Shown here one piece after another: positions 1 through 7,793 of a DNA stretch of 56,529 nt (within the stretch, counting starts at the first letter, position 1; each line of letters starts with the position of its first letter). Origin of the DNA: Devosia sp. GTDB taxonomy: Bacteria > Pseudomonadota > Alphaproteobacteria > Rhizobiales > Devosiaceae. The stretch is from positions 1-56,529 of the forward strand of contig DATMSG010000114.1 of the NCBI GenBank assembly GCA_035565515.1. Direction: 5' to 3'. The position numbers and the translations under genes were made by a program. The notes below the pieces were generated by a model. It was not told the origin of the DNA. It was given only the letters and a program-made list of their open reading frames with translations, and ran no database searches.

Positions 1-115
1 GGGAAGCTAAACCTGCCTGAGGAAAATACCGACAGGAACGTCCTCGTGCCTCGTCGAAAGCCGGTGACCATCGACACTGCCGAACAGGCGGTTGAGGCAT
101 GTACAAGGATGTGAC

Positions 116-652
116 ATGTCGCGAGAAATTCACGCACTGACTATCGCCGATCTCTCGGCTTTCGCCCGCACCTTGCGGGAGGCCTTGGCGCAACGCGAGG
201 CGCTCCCGGGCCACGTGGAAATGCTCAACCTTCTGAGCAAGTCTGCGGGTTACAAGAACTACCAGCATTTCCGGGCCGAGACCGACGCCGCAGCGCAGGT
301 GCCCATGGTGCCGAAGGCCGATACCGAACTGATCGAACGGGTGGCGCGCCATTTTGATGAGCGCGGCGTGCTCATGCGCTGGCCGGCGAAGAACAGCTTG
401 CAGCCGCTATGCCTCTGGGCGCTCTGGAGCCGGATGGAGGCGGGGCGCGTCTATTCGGATGCGGAGATGACGGCGTTGCTCAATGCCTGGGCCAGTTTTG
501 GCGACCATGCATTGTTGCGGCGGGCGCTGGTGTCGCTGGGCTATGCGGTGCGGAGCAAGGATGGGCGGATCTATCAGCGGATCGAACAGAAGCCGCCGGT
601 GGAACTATCGCCCCTGCTGCGGCGGGTGCGGCGGGCCGAGGAGACCGCTTAG
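116..652 (+). CDS. DUF2087-domain protein (putative winged-helix nucleic-acid binder)
   Basis: ORF 92..652; ATG at 116 preceded by AAGGA. C-terminal 'RWPAK...YSDAEMTALL...FGDHALLRRALV..GY..RSKDG.IY' resembles DUF2087. Confidence 0.75.
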   Translation: MSREIHALTIADLSAFARTLREALAQREALPGHVEMLNLLSKSAGYKNYQHFRAETDAAAQVPMVPKADTELIERVARHFDERGVLMRWPAKNSLQPLCLWALWSRMEAGRVYSDAEMTALLNAWASFGDHALLRRALVSLGYAVRSKDGRIYQRIEQKPPVELSPLLRRVRRAEETA

Positions 653-678
653 GTCGTTTTTTGCTGAAACGCCAATCC

Positions 679-722
679 AAGAGGCCTCGTGGTGAGGTGC
701 TTTGCGGCGCAAAGCCTCTTTG
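679..722. terminator. Hairpin between convergent genes, probable bidirectional terminator
   Basis: AAGAGGC...GCCTCTT arms with inner GCTTTGC/GCAAAGC stem, followed by a T run. Confidence 0.45.
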
Positions 723-728
723 GTCAAT

Positions 729-935
729 CTAGGCCTTCTTGTTCACGCCGCGCTGGTGGGCCACCTTGGCGACGATATTGCCCATGCCTTGCGCTTCGGA
801 CACCTTTATCGAGACCAGGCCATTGGCCTGGCTGCTGAATGTCTGCATCTTCGAAAAGGCGTCCTTCCGCTTGGCGCGGTAGTACTGCATCTGATCGTAG
901 CGGGACATGCTGGCGATGGTGCTGAGTTTTCCCAT
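729..935 (-). CDS. Small basic hypothetical protein (68 aa)
   Basis: ATG-started ORF with GC3-biased codons filling the gap between the LysE gene and the terminator. Confidence 0.65.
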   Translation of the reverse strand: MGKLSTIASMSRYDQMQYYRAKRKDAFSKMQTFSSQANGLVSIKVSEAQGMGNIVAKVAHQRGVNKKA

Positions 936-969
936 CGCAAAAACATGGCGGGAAATGGTTAGCTGATTG

Positions 970-1581
970 TTAATGCTGCAAGACGACGAGGCCGGCGGCC
1001 GTGGCCATCATGGCGCCGGCGGTCTTGTTGAGGCGCCCCAGAGCCTTTTCGCTCTTGAACATTTCGCGGGCCGCCGAGGCGAGCCAGGCATAGCCGCAAC
1101 CGATCAGCAGCAAGACCACGACGACGATCACGGTCAGCTCGATGAAGGCGACCGGGTTCATCTGGTCGAGCGGAATGACGGTGGGCAGGATGGCCAGATA
1201 GAAGACGATGGTTTTCGGATTGCCCATGGTGAGGGAGAAGCCCGCAATGAAGGTCTTCCAGGGGTCTTCGTTCTTGGGCTTCATCTGCTCGGCGCCCGGC
1301 TTTGCGGTCCAGAATTTCCAGGCGATGTAGAGCAAATAGGCGGCACCTGCCCAGCGGACGATGACGAAGATCGGGCCGAAGAGGGTAGCAATGGCGGCAA
1401 GGCCAAAAACGGCGAAGACGAAATAGACGAGGTCGCCGGCCAGAATGCCGAGGACCATGGGGAAGGCACCCTTGAAACCGCCGCCGAGGGCACGGGCGAC
1501 CACTGCGGCTACGCCGGGGCCGGGCACGAGCACGGCGATGGCATAAGCAACGGTGAAGGCGGCGAGGGTGAAGAGATCCAT
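970..1581 (-). CDS. LysE/RhtB family translocator
   Basis: PGPG motif, 'GAAYLLYIAW', 'NPKTIVFY', about 6 TM helices. Confidence 0.93.
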   Translation of the reverse strand: MDLFTLAAFTVAYAIAVLVPGPGVAAVVARALGGGFKGAFPMVLGILAGDLVYFVFAVFGLAAIATLFGPIFVIVRWAGAAYLLYIAWKFWTAKPGAEQMKPKNEDPWKTFIAGFSLTMGNPKTIVFYLAILPTVIPLDQMNPVAFIELTVIVVVVLLLIGCGYAWLASAAREMFKSEKALGRLNKTAGAMMATAAGLVVLQH

Positions 1582-1646
1582 GGTCTGGTCCGCTGAAAAG
1601 AGAGGCCGGAGACTACCCCCGAGGCAGATGATTTGCCAGAGGGCGG

Positions 1647-1674
1647 TTGACGCTGCTTTTTGCTGCGCTATTTA
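1647..1674 (+). promoter_or_regulatory. Putative sigma70 promoter of the ABC-F gene
   Basis: TTGACG-N16-TATTTA about 90 nt upstream of ATG 1765. Confidence 0.45.
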
Positions 1675-1764
1675 TGGGGCATCGTAACTCGACCGGATGG
1701 TGCCTGATGGAACGCTTCTCCAACGCAATGCCGACCTGCCTTGCCCTTGGAGAATTCTCGATCC

Positions 1765-3351
1765 ATGCCCGTTTCCGTTACGATTTCGCATCTTTCCTAT
1801 ACCGGCCCTGACGGCCACAAGCTCTTTTCCGACCTCGATCTGACCTTTGGCCCGGGCCGCACAGGCCTTGTGGGGCGCAATGGTGTGGGCAAAACCACGC
1901 TGCTGCGGCTGATCGCGGGCGAACTGACGCCGAGCGGCGGCACGATCAGCGGCACAGGCCGCATGGGCGTGCTGCGGCAGCAGGTGCAGCCGCGGGATGG
2001 GGAGACCATTGCCGATCTTTTTGGGGTTCGGGATGGGCTGGTTCTGCTTGCCAAGGCGATGAGCGGGGAGGCGAGTGTCGATGAACTGGCCGAGGCCGAC
2101 TGGACGCTGGAGGCGCGGCTTGAGGAGGCGCTGGGGCAATTGGGCCTGGGGGTGACGCCGGAGACGCTGCTCTCCACATTGTCGGGCGGGCAGAGGACGC
2201 GGGCGGCGCTGGCTGCTTTGGTCTTTGCCGAGCCGGACCTGATCCTTCTCGATGAACCCACGAACAATCTCGATGCCGAGGGGCGCGCGGCCGTGGCGAA
2301 GCTGCTGGCCGGGTGGCGCGGGGCGGCCATTGTCGTGAGTCACGATCGCGGCTTGCTCGAACAAGTTGATGCGATCGTTGAGCTGACGACGCTGGGCGCA
2401 AAGACCTATGGCGGTGGCTGGAGCCTTTATCGCGAGCGCAAGGCGCTGGAATTGCAGGCGGCGGAGCGCGATCGCGATGTAGCCGAGCGGCAGGTGCGCG
2501 AGGTGGCAAAGAAGGCGCAGGAGGCGCGGGAGAAGCAGGCGCAGCGCGATGCCGGTGGCAGGCGAAAGGGCGCCAAGGGCGACATGCCGAAAATCGTCAT
2601 GGGTGGATTGAAGCGGCAGGCCGAGGCAACGGCGGGCGGCCTCGACAATCTGGCGGAAAAGCAGGCGAGCGCAGCTAGTGAGCAGGCGCGGGCGGCACGG
2701 GAACGGATCGAGGTACTTACGCCATTTGCGGTGAAGCTGGCGCCGAGTGAACTTCCAGTTGGAAAGGTGGTCTTGCGAGCGAGCGGGCTGACCGGGGGCT
2801 ATGACGAGGCGGCGCCGACGATCCGGAATTTTGAACTGGAAATCATCGGGCCGGAGCGGGTGGCGGTGACGGGGCCGAATGGGGCGGGGAAGACGACGCT
2901 GATAAAATTGCTGACGGGGCAATTGGCGCCGTTTGCCGGCTCGGTGCAGATCGGCGGGCCCATGGCGCTGCTCGATCAGCAGGTGGGGCTGCTGGATCGA
3001 GGCGAGAGCATTGTCGAGAATTTCCGGCGGCTCAATCCCGAGAGTTCGGAGAACGATTGCCGGTCAGTGCTGGCGGCGTTCGGGTTTCGGGCGGATGCGG
3101 CCTTGCAGCAGGTTGGGACATTGAGTGGCGGGGAAATGCTGCGGGCAGGGCTGGCTTGCGCGGTGGGTGGGAAGACGCCGCCGATGCTGCTGGTGCTCGA
3201 CGAGCCGACCAATCATCTCGACGTTGAGGCGGTGGAGAAGATCGAAGCGGGGCTGCGGGCGTTCGATGGGGCGATCCTGGTGATCAGCCATGACCGGATG
3301 TTTTTGGAGAATATCGGGGTGACGCGGGAGGTGGGGCTGGGGGCACGGTGA
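1765..3351 (+). CDS. ABC-F family ATPase (ribosome-associated)
   Basis: Two NBDs (GRNGVGKT/LSGGQ/LLDEPTN and GPNGAGKT/LSGGE/VLDEPTN), helical linker, no TM segments. Start moved to ATG 1765 downstream of GGAGA. Confidence 0.92.
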   Translation: MPVSVTISHLSYTGPDGHKLFSDLDLTFGPGRTGLVGRNGVGKTTLLRLIAGELTPSGGTISGTGRMGVLRQQVQPRDGETIADLFGVRDGLVLLAKAMSGEASVDELAEADWTLEARLEEALGQLGLGVTPETLLSTLSGGQRTRAALAALVFAEPDLILLDEPTNNLDAEGRAAVAKLLAGWRGAAIVVSHDRGLLEQVDAIVELTTLGAKTYGGGWSLYRERKALELQAAERDRDVAERQVREVAKKAQEAREKQAQRDAGGRRKGAKGDMPKIVMGGLKRQAEATAGGLDNLAEKQASAASEQARAARERIEVLTPFAVKLAPSELPVGKVVLRASGLTGGYDEAAPTIRNFELEIIGPERVAVTGPNGAGKTTLIKLLTGQLAPFAGSVQIGGPMALLDQQVGLLDRGESIVENFRRLNPESSENDCRSVLAAFGFRADAALQQVGTLSGGEMLRAGLACAVGGKTPPMLLVLDEPTNHLDVEAVEKIEAGLRAFDGAILVISHDRMFLENIGVTREVGLGAR

Positions 3352-3360
3352 TCGCCGATA

Positions 3361-3400
3361 CCCCCACCCTCATTCCCTCCCCGCAAGGGGGAGGGAGGCG
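3361..3400. repeat. REP-like palindromic intergenic element (also terminator-like)
   Basis: CCCCACCCTCAT-TCCCTCCCC-GCAAG-GGGGAGGGA hairpin between convergent genes; form resembles short alphaproteobacterial intergenic repeats. Confidence 0.6.
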
Positions 3401-3409
3401 AAAGTGTCC

Positions 3410-4351
3410 TTACGGCAGGCGGGCGAGACGCTCGGTGAGGAGCTTGTAAAAGCCCTCGGCATTGCCGTTGCGCAGGTAGTTGGCGTTACGCGGCTTGTCG
3501 GTGACGTGCCAATAGTCGGTGACGGTCATGCCGACGGTGAGTTCGCTCGCCGTTTCGATGGAGACATTGCAGACGCGGCCTTCGAAGAGGCTGGGGTCGA
3601 TGAGGTAGGCGATGACCGTGGGGTCGTGGAGGGGCGCGCCTTCCCAGCCGTATTTCTTGAGGTCAAAACCTTCGGAGAAGGTCAGCATGTCGTAGACGGC
3701 CTGGCCGGAGCGGTTGCCGAGCGCTTTTATGGCGTTGAGGCGGGCCGGCGTGGATTGGATTTGATGAGTCACATCAAGCGGTAGGACGGTGATCCTGATG
3801 CCGCTTTTGAAGACGATGTCCGCGGCTTCGGGATCGACATAGATGTTGAATTCGGCGGCCGGGGTGATGTTGCCGACTTCGAAATAGGCGCCGCCCATCA
3901 TGACGATCTCGGCGACGCGTTCGGCGATTTTTGGCTCTTTCACGAGAGCCATGCCGATATTGGTCAGCGGCCCCAGGGTGCAGAGGGTGATGGTTTTCGG
4001 CTCGGCCGCAAGCAGGGTTTCGATGATGTAATCGACGCCATGCTGGGGCTGGAGTTCGATTTTCGGCGCCGGCAGGTCGGGGCCATTGAGGCCGGTATCG
4101 CCGTGGACATGTTCGGCGGTGACGAGGGTGCGGCGCATGGGCCGGGCGCAGCCGGCATAGACGGGGACGTCGGGGCGGCCGGCCAATTCGACGATCTTGC
4201 GCGCATTGTTGGCATTGTGATGGAGGCCGACATTGCCGGCTACGGCGACGACGCCGAGGACCTCGAAATCCTCGGGCGAGGCCAGTGCCAGAAGAATGGC
4301 GACGGCGTCGTCCTGACCGGGGTCGGTGTCGATGATGATCTTGCGCGGCAT
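3410..4351 (-). CDS. Inosine/uridine-preferring nucleoside hydrolase
   Basis: DTDPGQDDAVA N-terminal motif, GPLTN, AEFNIYVDPEAA, LHDP. Confidence 0.95.
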   Translation of the reverse strand: MPRKIIIDTDPGQDDAVAILLALASPEDFEVLGVVAVAGNVGLHHNANNARKIVELAGRPDVPVYAGCARPMRRTLVTAEHVHGDTGLNGPDLPAPKIELQPQHGVDYIIETLLAAEPKTITLCTLGPLTNIGMALVKEPKIAERVAEIVMMGGAYFEVGNITPAAEFNIYVDPEAADIVFKSGIRITVLPLDVTHQIQSTPARLNAIKALGNRSGQAVYDMLTFSEGFDLKKYGWEGAPLHDPTVIAYLIDPSLFEGRVCNVSIETASELTVGMTVTDYWHVTDKPRNANYLRNGNAEGFYKLLTERLARLP

Positions 4352-4433
4352 GGATAGTCCCTGGACAAACCGGATGAAAACGGCGGGACTTTAGCGGGGC
4401 CAATGGCGGCGGTCGACTGGGCAATGAGGCAAA

Positions 4434-4458
4434 GGAACGCTCATTGACAGGCAACGTT
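4434..4458 (+). promoter_or_regulatory. Sigma-EcfG (general stress response) type promoter
   Basis: Exact GGAAC-N16-CGTT upstream of the AI-2E gene. Confidence 0.65.
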
Positions 4459-4492
4459 GTAAGCGCAGCGTCACCGAGCCCCGAAAGTCGAT

Positions 4493-5743
4493 ATGAAAGC
4501 CCCCTTGTCGTCCGAGGATATGAATGAAAGCCAGTTCGAACGCGTGCTCGACAATGCCGCGCGGCTTTCGGTGGTGGCGATCGGGGCGGTCGTCTTGCTT
4601 TTCGTGTTGCAGGCGGGGCAGATGTTTCTGGCCCCGGTTACGCTCGCCATCGTCATCGGGCTGATGTTCGGGCCGGTAGCCGACCGGCTGGAGGCGGTGG
4701 GTGTGCCGCCGGCGCTTTCGGCGGGTGTGGTGGTGCTATTGCTGCTTGGCATCATTGCGGCGGGTATCGTTGCCTTCGCCTTGCCCCTGAGCGAATGGGT
4801 GGCGCGGGCGCCGCTGATCTGGGAGAAATTGCAGGGACAGCTGGCCAATCTCAGGGAGCCGCTGGAATCCTTTTCGCAGTTTCAGTCGCAGTTGAGCGAG
4901 GTTTTTGGCGGCGGTTCGGCGGCGATGAATGTCAATGTCGAGGACGGTAGCGCGGTGACGAGCGTCGCGATGCTGGCACCGGCCTTGCTGGCGCAAATCC
5001 TGATCTTTCTTGCGAGCCTCTATTTCTTCGTTGCCACGCGCGATCACATCCGCATTTCGGTGCTGTCGCTGTGTGTGACCCGGCGGATGCGCTGGCGCAC
5101 GGCGCATGTGTTCCGCGATGTCGAGACCAAGGTCAGCCGTTTTCTGCTGTCGATCACCTTCATCAACTGCTGTGTCGGCGTGGCGGTGACGCTGGTCATG
5201 TGGGCGATCGGCATGCCGTCGCCGATCCTCTGGGGGGCGCTGGCGGCGGTGCTGAACTATATTCCCTATGTGGGGCAGGGCACGATGATCCTGATCCTGC
5301 TGGCCGTGGGGCTGGGGACCCAGACGCGGATCGAGCAAATCCTGTTGCCGGCGCTGTGCTATATGGGCGTCAACTTTATCGAGGGGCAGATCGTTACGCC
5401 GCATTTCATCGGGCGGACGATGACGCTCAATCCTTTTGTGATTTTTCTCTCGATCACGTTCTGGCTGTGGGCATGGGGGCCAGTGGGCGGGCTGGTGGCG
5501 GTGCCGACCTTGCTGATTGCGAGCTCGATCCTGACCCACACCCTGCCGAGCAAGCCGGTCAAGCCGAAGCGGCCGGTGCGGCGCACGCGACACATGACGG
5601 ATCGCGAGGCGCTGCTTGCGAATACGGCGCAGGCGATCAAGGAGCAAAGGCAGGACGCCGAGGACAATGACGAAAAGCGCAAGCAGGGGCGGCTGGAGCC
5701 ACCGGAGGGGACGGCGCCCACGGGGGTAGAGACCTCCACTTAA
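4493..5743 (+). CDS. AI-2E (PerM/TqsA) family transporter
   Basis: Multi-TM protein with 'LNYIPYVG', 'EGQIVTP', 'LNPF..FLS..FW..WGPVG...AVP'. Alternative start 4520. Confidence 0.9.
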   Translation: MKAPLSSEDMNESQFERVLDNAARLSVVAIGAVVLLFVLQAGQMFLAPVTLAIVIGLMFGPVADRLEAVGVPPALSAGVVVLLLLGIIAAGIVAFALPLSEWVARAPLIWEKLQGQLANLREPLESFSQFQSQLSEVFGGGSAAMNVNVEDGSAVTSVAMLAPALLAQILIFLASLYFFVATRDHIRISVLSLCVTRRMRWRTAHVFRDVETKVSRFLLSITFINCCVGVAVTLVMWAIGMPSPILWGALAAVLNYIPYVGQGTMILILLAVGLGTQTRIEQILLPALCYMGVNFIEGQIVTPHFIGRTMTLNPFVIFLSITFWLWAWGPVGGLVAVPTLLIASSILTHTLPSKPVKPKRPVRRTRHMTDREALLANTAQAIKEQRQDAEDNDEKRKQGRLEPPEGTAPTGVETST

Positions 5744-5844
5744 AGCATTGTCACGCGGGGCACCCTTGCACTTGGGAGCCTTGACGGAAAGCGGCTCTGC
5801 CCACCAGTGTCGTTTTGACCAGGACGAGACAGGGAATACGAATC

Positions 5845-7698
5845 ATGGCCGCAGAAGCTGTCATCCATGCCGCGGAGGCCGCGCATGGCGGCGTCGATCT
5901 GGTTCCCATCGTAGCCTTGCTCGCGGCCGGCGTCGTGGCCGTGCCGCTGTTTCGGCGGATCGGGCTTGGTTCGGTGCTGGGTTATCTCGCTGCGGGGCTC
6001 TTGCTGGGCCCCTCCGGCATCGGGCTGATTGCCGATCCGAGTTCGGTGCTGCATCTGGCCGAACTGGGCGTGGTGCTGTTTCTCTTCATCATCGGGCTCG
6101 AAATGGAGCCGAGCAAGCTCTGGGCGCTGCGCAAGCAAATCTTCGGGCTGGGCGTCATCCAGGTTGCGAGCTGCGGACTGTTGCTGACCGGGGTTGGGCT
6201 GCTGCTCGGCTTTGCGCCGGCGGTGGCGTTCATTTTCGGCATGGGCTTTGTGCTGACCTCGACGGCGATCGTGATGCAAATCCTGGCAGAACGGGGCGAG
6301 CTGGCCTCGGAGAGCGGACAGAAGATGGTGTCCATTCTGCTGCTTGAAGACCTTGCCATCGTGCCACTGCTGGCCGTCGTGGCGTTTCTGGCGCCTGCGG
6401 CGGAGGATCAGTCGGTCGTGACGCGCCTCCTGGGTTTTGGCACGGCCATCGGCGCCATCCTGCTGCTGATCGTGCTGGGGCGGCGGGTGATGAACCCGTT
6501 CTTCGCCTTTCTCGCCTCCTCCAAGGCGCGCGAGGTGATGACGGCGGCGGCGCTGCTGGTGGTGCTGGGGGCGGCGTTGCTGTTCCAGGTGAGCGGGCTT
6601 TCCATGGCCATGGGCGCGTTTCTCGCCGGCGTGCTGCTTTCGACATCGACTTTCAGGCACCAGCTCGAAGCGGATATCGAACCGTTTCGCGGGCTTTTGC
6701 TCGGGCTCTTCTTTTTGGCCGTGGGCATGTCGCTGGATCTGGGGATTGTCGGCGAGAACTGGCAGCTTATCGCGATCAGCGTGTTGGCCTTCATGGTGGT
6801 CAAGGCGGGCGCCATCTATGTGATCGCGCGCATGCTGCGCTCGGGGCATGGAGAAGCGCTGGAGCGGGCGGTGCTGATGGGGCAGGGCGGCGAATTCGCC
6901 TTCGTGCTCTATACGACAGCCGTTGCGGCAGGGCTCATCGATGGGCCGAGCAATGCGATTTTTACGGCGACGGTCATCATTTCCATGGTGCTGACGCCAT
7001 TCGCCATGATCGGCCTGCGCTATTTCATGCCCAAGCGGGTGGAGTCGATGGATGGCGTCGAGAAGGCCGATGGGCTGAACAGCCGAGTGCTGATCATCGG
7101 CTTCGGGCGCTTCGGGCAGATCGCCAGCCAGCCGCTGCTCGCCATGCGCCATTCGGTCTCGATCATCGATAACGATACGGACATGATCCGCGCTGCGGCG
7201 CAGATCGGGTTCAAGGTCTATTACGGCGACGGGACGCGACTCGATATCCTGCGTGCTGCCGGCGCGAGCACGGCGGACCTGATCCTGATCTGTACGGACC
7301 AGCGCGAGCAGACGACGCGCATCGCCGAATTGCTGCGCGACGAGTTTCCGCTGGCGCGGGTGATGGCGCGTGCTTTCGATCGACCGCATGGCATTGAACT
7401 GGTCCGGGCGGGCGTCGAATACCAGCTGCGCGAAACCTTCGAATCGGCCGTGTCCTTCGGCGGCGAAGCCATCACCATGCTCGGTGCGAGCCAAGAAGAA
7501 GCCAGCGAAGTGATCGAAGGCGTGCGCGCGCGCGACCGGCAGCGCTTCGAGCTGCAACTGGGCGGGGAAGACTGGCGGAACCTTAACCGGCTGCTGATCA
7601 GCAATGCTCAGGACCAGGCGCGCGAGAGCGGCGTGTCGGTTTCGGAAGAGAGCGCCGAAGACGCCGTCGCCCATTCCGTGCCCGCTCAAGGAAGCTGA
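5845..7698 (+). CDS. KefB/KefC-type monovalent cation:proton antiporter-2 with TrkA-N domain
   Basis: 'LGSVLGYL', 'ELGVVLFLFIIGLE', 'HQLEADIEPFRGLLLGLFF', C-terminal GFGRFGQ and YGDGTR. Confidence 0.93.
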   Translation: MAAEAVIHAAEAAHGGVDLVPIVALLAAGVVAVPLFRRIGLGSVLGYLAAGLLLGPSGIGLIADPSSVLHLAELGVVLFLFIIGLEMEPSKLWALRKQIFGLGVIQVASCGLLLTGVGLLLGFAPAVAFIFGMGFVLTSTAIVMQILAERGELASESGQKMVSILLLEDLAIVPLLAVVAFLAPAAEDQSVVTRLLGFGTAIGAILLLIVLGRRVMNPFFAFLASSKAREVMTAAALLVVLGAALLFQVSGLSMAMGAFLAGVLLSTSTFRHQLEADIEPFRGLLLGLFFLAVGMSLDLGIVGENWQLIAISVLAFMVVKAGAIYVIARMLRSGHGEALERAVLMGQGGEFAFVLYTTAVAAGLIDGPSNAIFTATVIISMVLTPFAMIGLRYFMPKRVESMDGVEKADGLNSRVLIIGFGRFGQIASQPLLAMRHSVSIIDNDTDMIRAAAQIGFKVYYGDGTRLDILRAAGASTADLILICTDQREQTTRIAELLRDEFPLARVMARAFDRPHGIELVRAGVEYQLRETFESAVSFGGEAITMLGASQEEASEVIEGVRARDRQRFELQLGGEDWRNLNRLLISNAQDQARESGVSVSEESAEDAVAHSVPAQGS

Positions 7699-7727
7699 TT
7701 TGTCTCCTCTTCAAGGGGGCTTTCCGA

Positions 7728-7744
7728 TGCACAAATTAAGTGCA
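7728..7744. promoter_or_regulatory. NtrC-like binding site upstream of the glycogen operon
   Basis: TGCAC-AAATTAA-GTGCA, a perfect TGCAC-N7-GTGCA palindrome. Confidence 0.55.
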
Positions 7745-7793
7745 AGAGTGAGCACATTAGAGGGGAACATCGTCATGAACACTGGATTGCGAT

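Noticed and set aside
5740-7689. 649-aa antisense ORF, and similar long minus-strand ORFs over glgP, glgB, pgm and ppk2
   Set aside because: Shadow ORFs opposite well-supported genes; expected from high-GC codon bias; no family motifs.
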